Origin: Bacteroidales bacterium
GTDB taxonomy: Bacteria > Bacteroidota > Bacteroidia > Bacteroidales > UBA932
DNA length: 64,000 bases
Direction: 5' to 3'
NCBI GenBank assembly: GCA_029010575.1
Contig: JAQXKS010000061.1
Location: 20,580 to 84,579, forward strand
In this document: one piece after another, positions 39,796 through 50,031 of the stretch
Numbering within the stretch: the stretch's first letter is position 1
How the letters are laid out: every line of letters starts with the position of its first letter
Notes under the pieces: model-generated
The model's input: the letters and a program-made list of their open reading frames with translations, nothing else
Told to the model about the DNA's origin: nothing
Database searches by the model: none
Position numbers and translations under genes: made by a program

Positions 39796-40739
39796 TATTT
39801 CTGCACTAATACTTTATTTGTCAAGAATCCGCTATGAGCAGCCTTGAAACTTTGAATTTTCGCTTTAAGGGCAATAAAATTAGGAACCTGATTTATCATT
39901 GGTTGCGGGCCAAGTTGTGTGGTTGTTTGACCTTGGGCAAGATACCCCAAGAAATCCATCAATATATCGGCAAGTTCCCCTCCCAAAACCGCATCATCTG
40001 TACCGCTGGTAGAACCGAGATATACAGTTCCATCTTCAATTTGGACTTTCGATTTACCCTTTTCTAATACAGACTTATCATTGTCCAGTATCATCTTTGA
40101 GTCATCGTGCTCTATTGAAACACCATCTTGATTGATGATTTGCTTACTCTTATCATCGCCAGAAATGATCTCAAATTTCTCAGTATCAATTGTCTGAGTG
40201 GTGGTATTATCTTCTCCGTCTGTAACTTCAGTCGTAATGGAATCCTTTTGGTATTTAGTAACTGCATGGACACCGGTTTCTGGCAGTTCGTTGATGTCAT
40301 CTCCGTCCTCACTGCTCTCATCAAACTCTTCACGCTTCTTAACTCCAATCGTAATCGTATCGTGAGAATCAAGTTGCAAGACATCCACATGAGAAAACAT
40401 TGTGACATATTCCAAGTTGGTTACTGGATCCTTCGCAATCAAGACATCAGAATATAATTTAGGGACAACAAGTAGTCCAGTGTTACCCTGGATGGCACTC
40501 AACAATACGCCCTCATGAATATTGCCCCCTTCCTCTGATAAAATGGTGTTACTGTATTCTTTGACATCTACGGTTCCAGCCATTTCATCGTCCAAATGCA
40601 CCTTAACTACATAACCGCTTACGCCCTCATTACTATAGGTAGTATTAGTTTTGGGGTTAATAACACCATGTAAAGCTATCTTTTGGATAGCTTCACGAAT
40701 GGTAGTATTGGCATTTAATCCTGATTGTACTTTACTCAT
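39795..40739 (-). CDS. putative baseplate spike/hub-associated protein
   Basis: 314-aa ORF following the hub-like gene. Position only. Confidence 0.3.
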   Translation of the reverse strand: MSKVQSGLNANTTIREAIQKIALHGVINPKTNTTYSNEGVSGYVVKVHLDDEMAGTVDVKEYSNTILSEEGGNIHEGVLLSAIQGNTGLLVVPKLYSDVLIAKDPVTNLEYVTMFSHVDVLQLDSHDTITIGVKKREEFDESSEDGDDINELPETGVHAVTKYQKDSITTEVTDGEDNTTTQTIDTEKFEIISGDDKSKQIINQDGVSIEHDDSKMILDNDKSVLEKGKSKVQIEDGTVYLGSTSGTDDAVLGGELADILMDFLGYLAQGQTTTQLGPQPMINQVPNFIALKAKIQSFKAAHSGFLTNKVLVQK

Positions 40740-42192
40740 TCTTCTTGTCTCGTGATATACAGTATGGCATTTTTAATGTCTGACGATAACCATTAACCCC
40801 AAATTGTGTCGTGATTTCATCTATTAAATAATAGCCGTTTTTAGCTGGATAGCGGTTATCCAGCAAATGAACTTTTGTACCCGATTTCAGGCCTAAATCA
40901 CCAAAAATAGTAAGAGTGCCCTCAATTCCATTGGCATTATAGCTTTCGAAGTATTTGATTGCTTCAACTTGCAAATCTTCGTGACTAATGCCAATTTTAC
41001 TGGAAGCATAGGGGATAATGGTGTAGGTACTCAAATCCACCTTATCCTTCGATTTCCCTAACACTGTTGCCCCTGCTTTCATTGCCTTCTTAGAAATGGT
41101 AGTCTCGTTTAGGATTTGATACTTTTCATTGCCTTTAGAGGCATCATATTCAGGATTCTTTCTAACGGTAATATGATATTGCTTTCCCTTGCTTCCCTCT
41201 ATGTTTTCCCAAGACATTGCATCTACAGCCAAAAATGCCTTATCTACATCCATCATAGTTAAACCGTTATTGGCTACATGGTAATCAAACAGTATTTCTG
41301 GGATAACACTACTCTCTTCTTTTAACTTCAGTATCGAGTCATCTTCAAGATTGGAAAAGTATGAACGCCCTACCGCAAGACATGGATTTCCATTTCCATC
41401 GGCTTTGATAAAAGAGAATAAACGGGCTTTCTTAGCCCAAGTTGTCAATACATCCGCAACCGTAAGATTATCTTGGATAACCGTCTTGCCCAGATTGATT
41501 TCACAGCTTTTTGTCTTCGGATGTAATTTAAGACCGGACTTTTCCAACAGCTTGTATTTTCCATCTTCAGCCAACAAATCATTTACCGTCAGGTTCTTAG
41601 TAGGAACAATCTTTGGGCAAGTGATTTTTTTCAAATAACTGGCAAGATCTTCACATTTCAACTCAATCGGTTCATCAATACTGCATTTGACAATATAGCC
41701 ATCAAACATAATGGCACTGCCATTTTGCGGAGCCATCGCCTGTTGATAATCAGATAAAGTCTGCTTGTCATTGAAAATGGTTTTTCCAGTAGAATTGGTC
41801 TTGGCCATTTTTGCAATAGATGGATCCGTGATATAGCCCATCCTAATTCGGATGCGCTGTCCAACCTTAAAATTGGCAACCGTAGCTTTTGAAGTATTGG
41901 TACGAGTCGTAACCACTAATCCATTATCTTCTACCGTAGCATTAACAGAAGTGGCATTATCCTTCAAATTAATTTCTGTAATGGTTTTACGAATGACAGT
42001 GCCACGCGGGAATTTTACAGTAGCAGTGCTAAATAAATTCTTATAAGAATCATGAATTTCAATCTCCTCCACCTCAGTAATCATCATAGGGGCTTCCGGC
42101 TCGTTAATCATATTCTCCGAGTCAGAAGCGTCCCAAATCTGAATGAGGCAAGCAAGTATGACGAAATCTGGTTTATTAGGTTTTGCTGCCAT
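40732..42192 (-). CDS. putative baseplate hub protein (gpD-like by position)
   Basis: 486-aa ORF two genes after the tape measure. Position only. Confidence 0.35.
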   Translation of the reverse strand: MAAKPNKPDFVILACLIQIWDASDSENMINEPEAPMMITEVEEIEIHDSYKNLFSTATVKFPRGTVIRKTITEINLKDNATSVNATVEDNGLVVTTRTNTSKATVANFKVGQRIRIRMGYITDPSIAKMAKTNSTGKTIFNDKQTLSDYQQAMAPQNGSAIMFDGYIVKCSIDEPIELKCEDLASYLKKITCPKIVPTKNLTVNDLLAEDGKYKLLEKSGLKLHPKTKSCEINLGKTVIQDNLTVADVLTTWAKKARLFSFIKADGNGNPCLAVGRSYFSNLEDDSILKLKEESSVIPEILFDYHVANNGLTMMDVDKAFLAVDAMSWENIEGSKGKQYHITVRKNPEYDASKGNEKYQILNETTISKKAMKAGATVLGKSKDKVDLSTYTIIPYASSKIGISHEDLQVEAIKYFESYNANGIEGTLTIFGDLGLKSGTKVHLLDNRYPAKNGYYLIDEITTQFGVNGYRQTLKMPYCISRDKKNE

Positions 42193-42195
42193 TTT

Positions 42196-43293
42196 CTAAA
42201 TATGATTTGAAAACCACAATAATTTCTTGCTGCGATTGCTATCAGATTTACCACTTTGTGCCTGTTCCTTCTTCTCATTTAACAAAGCCTGATACCACCC
42301 CTCCATTTCGCTACCGGCAAGAACATCATTAATTAACTGAATGGTATCCTTGACGATGGTGACATCTTCATCAGGCTCAACTGCAATTACTGACATTGAG
42401 TATGGCTGTTCGTTTTTACATTCTTGGATTCCCAACTTAAAATCCTGTATAATGACTTGTGTAACGCCGAACTGCTTAAAAAGAAGGTGATTAACTTTAA
42501 CTACTCCATTGTATTGGCATAACTGGATAAGCTTTTTAACAGCACTCTCAGGATATACTCCATCCTGATTTGAATTGACTGTACCGTTGATCGTGAAACA
42601 TATATCACCTCCAGATACAAGTTCTTTGCGAGTAAAGTCACGCCCTTGTACTTTAGTCAACACAATATTTTTAGAAGTGGTCTGAGAGACCTGGGCGGTC
42701 ACATCATAGAAAACTAATGTCTTTGTTTTAATTACATCTTTCTTTCCATTCTGTAACCTTTCATATTCAATACTTTCCTCTGTATCATAATACAGCATCA
42801 ATGCCTCTGGAACTAAAGTACCATAAGCATCAACAGCAGTAATCGTATTTCCCCCTTCGACATTAACTTGTCCCAATCCCTTATCTACAGTTTCTCGATT
42901 CGCAATGATACTTTGCATGTTTTCTTCTTGCTTCTTGCGCATCTCGTTAGCCTTCTTGCGGCCATCCTGTATTTCTTTTTGTCTGGCTTCCGAATCCGCA
43001 ATAGCCTTTTCAACAGCCTTTCTTACCTTCTTGTGGCCAAAGACATATTGAAGTCCATATCTTGCTTCTGTTGCCGCAAAATCGGCTATCATATTTGCAT
43101 AATGCTCAGCCAACTGAAAGCCTAATTGTTTTGCAGTATGAATCAATATGGATTCATAGGCACGCTTGCTCTGATAAACAAGTATGCCATCCCTTTGTTC
43201 AACAAAACGGGTATAGAAACCACGACTGGAAAGTATGTTATCGGTAGCCCTACCCAGACTTACACCGACCTGTGACCATGGATGAAAAGCCAT
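42196..43293 (-). CDS. hypothetical tail/baseplate protein
   Basis: 365-aa ORF immediately after the tape measure gene. Confidence 0.35.
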   Translation of the reverse strand: MAFHPWSQVGVSLGRATDNILSSRGFYTRFVEQRDGILVYQSKRAYESILIHTAKQLGFQLAEHYANMIADFAATEARYGLQYVFGHKKVRKAVEKAIADSEARQKEIQDGRKKANEMRKKQEENMQSIIANRETVDKGLGQVNVEGGNTITAVDAYGTLVPEALMLYYDTEESIEYERLQNGKKDVIKTKTLVFYDVTAQVSQTTSKNIVLTKVQGRDFTRKELVSGGDICFTINGTVNSNQDGVYPESAVKKLIQLCQYNGVVKVNHLLFKQFGVTQVIIQDFKLGIQECKNEQPYSMSVIAVEPDEDVTIVKDTIQLINDVLAGSEMEGWYQALLNEKKEQAQSGKSDSNRSKKLLWFSNHI

Positions 43294-43299
43294 TGTTTA

Positions 43300-46200
43300 C
43301 TATGTTAAATTACTTGCGTTTGCATCAAAATCTGCTACTACATCAATAAGGGCCTGAGCCATTTGCTCTTTCAGATTGTTGACAGTTGCAGCTACATTTG
43401 GATCAGACATATTTACTGATTCAACATTCATTAAATTCTCAATCTTTACGATGATTTGCTTAGGAGTAGCTGAAGTGGATTTATATTGATTGCTATAACC
43501 CGCATTTCCTCCAGTAGTAGTCGTAGTAGAAGTTGCACTGAATCCAAGTTTTGCATTCATCTGAGCATTTGATAAAGATGGAAGGCCAGTTGGAGAAGGA
43601 GGAACCCAAGCATTACCATCCCATTTATAAGTAATGCCATCTAATGTTTTAGTTTCGCCCTTTTTCAATCCAACTTGTGCTTCTGGATGCCAAATGTCAT
43701 CACTGATGAAACTATTGAAATATCCCTGTAATTTAGGGTTGACTTGACGCACAATATCCAGAATTTGCTCGTGGAATTTCAAATACGCGGTACGAGCCTG
43801 ATCAGCAGTTAAGCTAATCTGTTGGCCCTGTGCATCTGTATAAGTAATGGCATGCCAAGCCCCTTCACTCCATCCAAATTTACTGAGCCATTCAGGTGAA
43901 GCAAATGTTCCATATTTACTGGAATCCATAATATCTACACCGCTCTTTACGAGAAAGGCTTGCAGCAAACTCTGTGGAATTTCCTTTCCACTGTCACTTA
44001 ATCCAAGAATCTGTTTCCAGAGCGCAATTCTATCATCAGGTTGAAAAGCATTGCGAATAGCCTCAATCTCAGCCATCACAAAATGATAGCCTCTTTGGTT
44101 AGTAGAAAGAGGGTTGTTAGCGACAGTATCTAAACTCCAATACTCAGAGCCTGGAATAATTGTGCTCTGCAACTGGCTAAGTGTAGATGCTAAATTGGCC
44201 GATACAGCATTATAGTCTTCAACCGTTTTAGCCTGTAAATAATTGGTCTGGAAGTTTTCAATAATGGATTTGGCCGCCGAACCCTTAGTCGTATCACGCC
44301 CCATTGAATAAAGAAAGCGTGCGGCGGCTGCGGCATCTAATACGGATTTGGCATCTTGACTACCCATGGCCTTCATTGTATAATCAACGCCATTAAATCT
44401 GTAGCCAATAGAATATTGATTTCCCCATCCTCCTGCACCAAATAGTTCGGTCATTGCTAACCCGGCATCAACGCCTTCATTACTTAAAGCCTGATTCCAA
44501 TGCCTTGGTAGAGTAGCAAAACCAAATTTGGTCATCAAATCTTTCAGGGGAGCACTGTATCGAGCAATGTTCTTTGTAGCTTCGCCTGATTCTTGCCCAG
44601 CCTCATCATTCAGGTCTTTCAGAAGGCCCAATTCTTCTTTACGAAGATTGACATATTCAGCCAGTGCAGTATTAGCATCTAACTGCTTATTATACACAAT
44701 GGACATATATTTATCAGCCATTGTAGCATATTCACTCATATTAATGCCATTCAAGTTTTGTGTGCTCTGATAAAAAGCATTAACTGCCTCCCCAGCCTGT
44801 TCAACACTGGCATAATATTTTGCTATACCATAAACAGCTCCAGCAGCTGCGGCCCCCAATCCTATGATTCCACCGGTGGTTGTGGCAAGCAAGCGGCTAA
44901 ATATACTTAACAACTTTGGCCCAAGCATCATGCCCAATAATCCACCAGAAACTGATCCAAATGTACTGGCCGCACTCCCTTCCTCACCAATCATAGAACC
45001 AAGCATCATTCCACCAATGCCACCCGTAATAGAAGCAATTCCACGCCCCATCATCATAAAAGGGGTTCCTGTATTTTGGCCATACATACCCATCCAACGC
45101 TGAACGGTAGCGGAAGAATATCCACGCCCTAATGCTGTAGCTTGAACTCGTAGGAATTGGGTATTCAAAGCTCCCATATTAGTTGTAGCCAATGCAATAG
45201 AGCGTGCGGCATTAAACATATATGCCGCAAAGTTTCTTACTGCGCTGATGACACGCAATGGAATTAATGTACCCTTTAAGTAAAGCTGTGCTTTCAGCCA
45301 AAATAAAATAACACCCTCAAATTGTTCGTAAAGGCGCATTAGTATTTTGGAAAATTCTATAAGCGTTTTACCAATCTCCATAATAGCATTACTCAATCTC
45401 TTGATTTTGTCAATTGCTTCTGGAGTTTTAAGCCAAGCAATAACCTTATTCATAATCTCACGAATAGGGCTTTCTTGTGCTTCAAACGCTTGCATACCAG
45501 CTTCTGTAAAAGATGATGTCAATTGATACCAAAGACCTTGTATTGTATTCTTCTTCTCTTCAGCTAACTTTGCAGTCACACCATCAGATAAAAAGTTCAT
45601 TCGAATCATCTCATTCCATTTATCAACATTGGCCGCAAGAGAAGCAGCTCCCTGCGTAGCTGTTTTATGGAAAAGAGAACCGAATTGTGTCAATGAAAGG
45701 TTCTTTGCATGCAAATCCTGGAAAATATCTATCAAAGGTCTGATATTTCCATTAGCATCAGTACGAGCAATACCCAACGCTTCCCACATTTCGCGTTGGG
45801 CTTTTGTTGGCTTGGCTATATTCAGGGCCAATGTACGCATTGTTGTACCAGCCTGAGAGCCTTTTATACCCGCATCACCCAAGATACCGATTGCAGCGGT
45901 TGCCTCTTCAAAAGAAGTTCCATTCAATGAAAGAAGTGATGCGGCATATTTATAGGATTCAGCAATCTCCATCAAGGTCGTATTAGACTTTGTGAAGGTC
46001 ATTGTCATTACATCTGCCGCCTGTCTTACCCGTTCTGGAGAAATACCATAACCCGTCATAATGTTGGTTACAACATCTGCGGTCTGACCTAAATCATTAT
46101 CTCCAACCAACGCAATATCTGCGATAGGGCGAATTGACTTGTTAATAGCATCCAAATCAAAGCCCGCCATAGCCAAAAATTTAGAAGCATCAGCCACTTG

Positions 46201-46929
46201 CGGTGCAGTGAACTTTGTCTCAATACCCACTTGTCGAACAATACGCTCCATTTCCTTGAAGCGTCCTCCAAAATTTGGAGCCTTATCATGTGTTCCGAGA
46301 ATGTTTCTGGTTGTCTGGATGATGTTGTTGTATTCAGCTGAATCCCTCACAACATTCCCCATCAATGAACCAAGCCCTGCAATACCATAAGCAATACCCA
46401 TCCCTTTTGCAAAGTCAAGTACGCCTACTCCACCAGTGTCAATGAGGGTTTGACCAAGAGCTTGATACCTTGTACCTCCACGCCCACCACCAGAAGATGT
46501 TCTTTTAGGTGTTGCTGGAACAACTTTAGGCTTTGGAGAAGAAGTGCCACCTCCCATTGGAGCGGGAATGTTTTGAGGTTTACCACCCCCAACACCCACC
46601 CCGGAAACTGTACTCCCACGCCTTCCAGCCACAGTACTGGCAGACAATGTAATTCTTTGTTTGGAAAGTGCCTGAATTCTCTCCAACTTACGAATTATGG
46701 TATCCAGCTGTCTGTTAACAGTACCAGTATTTATCTTCAGTGTAGGAGATTTTCGAGCCATATTATTTAATTGGCCCGTAATCTCATTGATTTTCTTGGA
46801 GAATAAATCCAGATTGCCTCCAGCCTTTGTTAAATTGGCTGTTGCGGTAGTAAATGACTGAAGCACTTTGGTAGCACCATTATCATTTACTCTAATATTA
46901 TATTGAACGGTATAATTTTCTCCAGCCAT
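43300..46929 (-). CDS. tail tape measure protein
   Basis: 1209 aa. Core region TTLMEIAESYKYAASLLSLNGTSFEEATAAIGILGDAGIKGSQAGTTMRTLALNI is typical of tape-measure proteins. Gly-rich membrane-like segments. Follows the G/GT chaperone. Confidence 0.85.
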   Translation of the reverse strand: MAGENYTVQYNIRVNDNGATKVLQSFTTATANLTKAGGNLDLFSKKINEITGQLNNMARKSPTLKINTGTVNRQLDTIIRKLERIQALSKQRITLSASTVAGRRGSTVSGVGVGGGKPQNIPAPMGGGTSSPKPKVVPATPKRTSSGGGRGGTRYQALGQTLIDTGGVGVLDFAKGMGIAYGIAGLGSLMGNVVRDSAEYNNIIQTTRNILGTHDKAPNFGGRFKEMERIVRQVGIETKFTAPQVADASKFLAMAGFDLDAINKSIRPIADIALVGDNDLGQTADVVTNIMTGYGISPERVRQAADVMTMTFTKSNTTLMEIAESYKYAASLLSLNGTSFEEATAAIGILGDAGIKGSQAGTTMRTLALNIAKPTKAQREMWEALGIARTDANGNIRPLIDIFQDLHAKNLSLTQFGSLFHKTATQGAASLAANVDKWNEMIRMNFLSDGVTAKLAEEKKNTIQGLWYQLTSSFTEAGMQAFEAQESPIREIMNKVIAWLKTPEAIDKIKRLSNAIMEIGKTLIEFSKILMRLYEQFEGVILFWLKAQLYLKGTLIPLRVISAVRNFAAYMFNAARSIALATTNMGALNTQFLRVQATALGRGYSSATVQRWMGMYGQNTGTPFMMMGRGIASITGGIGGMMLGSMIGEEGSAASTFGSVSGGLLGMMLGPKLLSIFSRLLATTTGGIIGLGAAAAGAVYGIAKYYASVEQAGEAVNAFYQSTQNLNGINMSEYATMADKYMSIVYNKQLDANTALAEYVNLRKEELGLLKDLNDEAGQESGEATKNIARYSAPLKDLMTKFGFATLPRHWNQALSNEGVDAGLAMTELFGAGGWGNQYSIGYRFNGVDYTMKAMGSQDAKSVLDAAAAARFLYSMGRDTTKGSAAKSIIENFQTNYLQAKTVEDYNAVSANLASTLSQLQSTIIPGSEYWSLDTVANNPLSTNQRGYHFVMAEIEAIRNAFQPDDRIALWKQILGLSDSGKEIPQSLLQAFLVKSGVDIMDSSKYGTFASPEWLSKFGWSEGAWHAITYTDAQGQQISLTADQARTAYLKFHEQILDIVRQVNPKLQGYFNSFISDDIWHPEAQVGLKKGETKTLDGITYKWDGNAWVPPSPTGLPSLSNAQMNAKLGFSATSTTTTTGGNAGYSNQYKSTSATPKQIIVKIENLMNVESVNMSDPNVAATVNNLKEQMAQALIDVVADFDANASNLT

Positions 46930-46989
46930 TATAAAACCTTTTGTGAAGAATAGTTATTTCAATTCTGCAATGGTTACAATAAGGCCCCA

Positions 46990-47570
46990 TTACTTTGAAG
47001 CAGTGGGGCCTGGAGTTAATGCGGCAATTGAGTTGACAGCCTTTATTTGCATCTGATGAGCATCAAGCCAGCAAGCATCATTTGCCATAATTGCAAACTC
47101 ATCATCGGACAGCTCATCAACATTTACATTGGGGAAATAATGTCGAATGAATATCAGATACTGCCGGAAAGCATCGTCCTCTTTTACTTTCCAGCTTTCG
47201 ATAAATTTACGAGTCTGCCGTTACGCATCTCGATAATCTTCGATAGCTGGCCCATAAGACCGAAGAGGAAGAGTGAATCATCGTCAATCAACTCTTTGTC
47301 ACCTTCAAGGAAGCAATCCTTAGCAAGCTGACGCATTGCTACAGCTTGATTGCTCTGGGAAGCGGTGAGATATTTGCTGAATGCCGTGAAACTCGGCTGG
47401 GTAAAATAACCAATGTAGTTTTCCTTCTCATCATAATCAGGATTGCCCTCAACGACAATAGGGAAAATAACGCGACACTTAGGATTCGCCTCTTTCAGTG
47501 TCTCAACTTTCTTTTCGATTTCTTTCTTGACCTTAGGATCAAGCTCAATGATTTCAACTTCTTGTTCCAT
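46990..47570 (-). CDS. tail assembly chaperone frameshift product (GT-like, -1 PRF at 47202-47208)
   Basis: The -1 frame is open from the slippery site to TAA at 46990-46992. It encodes ..KFIESWKVKEDDAFRQYLIFIRHYFPNVNVDELSDDEFAIMANDACWLDAHQMQIKAVNSIAALTPGPTASK. Confidence 0.6.
47184..47570 (-). CDS. tail assembly chaperone (G-like)
   Basis: 128-aa acidic ORF between tube and tape measure. Contains an in-phase slippery heptamer 6 codons before its stop. Confidence 0.7.
   Translation of the reverse strand: MEQEVEIIELDPKVKKEIEKKVETLKEANPKCRVIFPIVVEGNPDYDEKENYIGYFTQPSFTAFSKYLTASQSNQAVAMRQLAKDCFLEGDKELIDDDSLFLFGLMGQLSKIIEMRNGRLVNLSKAGK
47202..47208 (-). promoter_or_regulatory. -1 programmed frameshift heptamer A_AAT_TTA
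   Basis: Zero-frame codons are GTA AAT TTA, so the X_XXY_YYZ pattern is in the correct phase. Confidence 0.6.
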
Positions 47571-47636
47571 AATTTTTGAATTTTAGAGTTTATCTACTTA
47601 AAAATAGACTGGCCTTATCCGATAAGTTTGCCGTTA

Positions 47637-47669
47637 AATAAAAAAGGGAAGGATTTTGCAATCCTTCCC
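47637..47669 (-). terminator. rho-independent terminator after tail tube gene
   Basis: Minus strand reads GGGAAGGAT-TGCAAA-ATCCTTCCC (9-bp stem, 47646-47669) followed by TTTTTTATTT. Confidence 0.75.
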
Positions 47670-47719
47670 CTCCGATAAACTTTAATTTAGACAGTTATGG
47701 AGCGATAAGCAGCTTACTG

Positions 47720-48175
47720 TTAAACGCCGGAAATTACGATGTCAAATGGATTGAGATCGAATTCCTTAGTGAGCGTGGTATCGTCCTGGGAAGCCTCAAA
47801 GCCATCCTCATTGAACATACATCCTTTGAGGGTAACAGTTTCGGTTGTCCAGTTTTCAGTACCCAGCTCATTGGCGAAGGAGATAACGAGGTCGAACTCA
47901 CCAATTTCCATCAGCGTACCTGCAAGGGCACGAAGTTGGACTTGGGTATTGTAGTCCATCGTAATCGAAGCGGTAGGCTCATAATTGCCGAAGCCCCTAT
48001 TCACCGGTTTACCACCAAGTCCATAGTTGAGCTTCACATTGCGCTTCTTGTTCCACTTGATTGCAGTAACGCCTTCAAGAATGGTAGGGTTAGAGTTTGC
48101 TGAACCGGTAAGGGCCGGAGCAGTCAACTCGATCATAGCCCAAGAATAGGCCACATTGTTAATTACTGTTGCCAT
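47720..48175 (-). CDS. tail tube protein
   Basis: 151-aa ORF directly after the sheath-size gene and before the chaperone/tape measure, the canonical myovirus order. Confidence 0.55.
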   Translation of the reverse strand: MATVINNVAYSWAMIELTAPALTGSANSNPTILEGVTAIKWNKKRNVKLNYGLGGKPVNRGFGNYEPTASITMDYNTQVQLRALAGTLMEIGEFDLVISFANELGTENWTTETVTLKGCMFNEDGFEASQDDTTLTKEFDLNPFDIVISGV

Positions 48176-48179
48176 TTAC

Positions 48180-49508
48180 TTACTGTGAGATTACCAGACC
48201 TTCAGTTACCTCTATACGCTTGGCAGTACCAAGAGGTATGAGGGTGAACTTGATGATCAGTGTATCATTTTGAAGAATATTTTGATCGGCAGGTATAGTT
48301 ACAGAGCCAATACCGCTTATTTCCTCAGCTGAAACCATTGCATTCAGAATATCAGTAACAAGATTGCTGAAAACAGTAATCTGTGCTGTTGAAAGATGGC
48401 CAGTTGCAGGATCAACTTTGATAGGAGAATTCACATAAGGAAGGAGGGCTGTGCGAACAGACCTACGGGCCTTATTGATAACCCTGTTGCGAGAGATTGT
48501 GCGATAATCGCCATTAGAACAAGTCTGGTCTCCTGAGAAGAATACACCACCCTCGATTCCGGCGTAGCGACAGAGGAAGATATAGCCCTTTTCATCAAGC
48601 ATATCTATCTGAGCACGAGTCAAAGATTCGTAAGGTGTAGTGCTTCCGAACTCCTGGTCTGTTTCGCTTACATCGCCAAAACCAAACTCAATGTTTGCAA
48701 AGTAATCGCTAAGGTTGTGTTGCTGAACCCAACCGATGCTCTCTCCTACACTGGAAAGAACAAGGCTTCCAAGGGCCACGCCAAGGTTTCCAACAGGAGT
48801 CTTCGAAGTAAGACTATGCTGAATAGCCGAAACATCGGTATTAATGTCCTGACCGAGAAGAACTGCAACATATCGGTTTGAACCAATGATGTTTGGAATC
48901 TTAGAAAGAGCCACAGTGTTTTCGGGATCTGTAGCAGTAGCAACCTTCGCTACATTAGCATTAAGGAGAATAGTTGCTGGAGCGTGATACTCATTCGCAA
49001 GCTGAGTAGCTACAGTGTTGAGGTCAAGAATGATACTTTGAGTACTGTACTCTGTATCCTCGGAATTAACCTTCTTCCACAGGTTCTGCTCAGTCCAAAC
49101 ACCGAACTGGGAGATCTGTCCCTGCGCGGCATTCTGCATTTCAATGAGAGCGTTCCAGTTGGAAGAACAGTCTGCGAACATCACGAACAGACGGCCTGAG
49201 CCGCCAACAAGGTTGAAGAACCTCTTGATGTGATAATACGCAACACCGTTCAAAATGAAATCTGCCGCTGTCGTGGAAGTCACTTCAGAGTATTCAGTGA
49301 TACCAGCTTTAATGGCATCGTCAAGAGTATTAAACTCTACAACGGTGTCTTTAAGAGTAGCAGCAGCTGATGCTCCAGATCCGGTTGTCCAAAAATTACT
49401 TTGCCCGGAAATGTCAAAAAGAAGACCGCACACCTTTTCAGAAAGATTGAGCTTAGCTACCCCAATGTTCCCATCTGTGTCAGTCATAAAAACGCCACCA
49501 AGTGCCAT
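48180..49508 (-). CDS. tail sheath protein
   Basis: 442-aa ORF preceding the tube gene. Synteny sheath-tube-G/GT-TMP. Confidence 0.55.
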   Translation of the reverse strand: MALGGVFMTDTDGNIGVAKLNLSEKVCGLLFDISGQSNFWTTGSGASAAATLKDTVVEFNTLDDAIKAGITEYSEVTSTTAADFILNGVAYYHIKRFFNLVGGSGRLFVMFADCSSNWNALIEMQNAAQGQISQFGVWTEQNLWKKVNSEDTEYSTQSIILDLNTVATQLANEYHAPATILLNANVAKVATATDPENTVALSKIPNIIGSNRYVAVLLGQDINTDVSAIQHSLTSKTPVGNLGVALGSLVLSSVGESIGWVQQHNLSDYFANIEFGFGDVSETDQEFGSTTPYESLTRAQIDMLDEKGYIFLCRYAGIEGGVFFSGDQTCSNGDYRTISRNRVINKARRSVRTALLPYVNSPIKVDPATGHLSTAQITVFSNLVTDILNAMVSAEEISGIGSVTIPADQNILQNDTLIIKFTLIPLGTAKRIEVTEGLVISQ

Positions 49509-49521
49509 TGTTTATTGATTT

Positions 49522-49944
49522 TTAAGATTTGTAGAACGGATTCTTGTAAAGAATAGCCTCGCCTCTTTCCGAAGGTTTTGTATCAGGCGTGAACGCGCCC
49601 CCCTTCGAAGAGATATACAGATAAGGCTCATTGTCAAACAATTTCAGAACACGCTTTGCGTAATCTGGAAGTTCGTCAATCTCAGCAATCGTTTCAGTCA
49701 CAACCTTGGACTTATCCAATGTCTTAGCCTCATTTGCTGGTGTAGGATTCTCGACCTCAGGGGCCGGAGCTTCTACTACAGGCTGCTCTTCTGTTTCAAT
49801 TTTTTCAGCCCCCTCCTTTTCGGTTTCGGCTGCTACGGCTTCAATCTTTTCGGTCTCTACCGCTTCTGTGTCCTGATTAGGATTCTCGACCTCAGGGGCC
49901 GGAGCTTCTACTACAGGTGCTTTTGCTGTTTTCTTCTGTGCCAT
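49522..49944 (-). CDS. acidic repeat-containing head-associated protein (decoration/linker?)
   Basis: 140-aa ORF after the capsid gene. Contains an exact 40-bp in-frame duplication encoding VVEAPAPEVENP. Confidence 0.4.
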   Translation of the reverse strand: MAQKKTAKAPVVEAPAPEVENPNQDTEAVETEKIEAVAAETEKEGAEKIETEEQPVVEAPAPEVENPTPANEAKTLDKSKVVTETIAEIDELPDYAKRVLKLFDNEPYLYISSKGGAFTPDTKPSERGEAILYKNPFYKS

Positions 49945-49954
49945 AACACTGTTC

Positions 49955-49993
49955 TTAATTAAAAGGGGAATGGAGTTTCAACCTCCACTCCCC
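49955..49993 (-). terminator. rho-independent terminator after major capsid gene
   Basis: Minus strand reads GGGGAGTGGAGG-loop-CTCCATTCCCC (11-bp stem with one mismatch, 49965-49993) followed by TTTTAATT. Confidence 0.6.
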
Positions 49994-50031
49994 GATTTGA
50001 TTCTATAATATTCAATTCATGTAACTCGCTA

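Noticed and set aside
46983-47010. Terminator hairpin (ggcccca / tggggcc) between GT and tape measure genes
   Set aside because: The stem is only 7 bp with a 14-nt loop. It overlaps the GT stop codon and has no U tract. It may at most be a frameshift- or translation-related structure.
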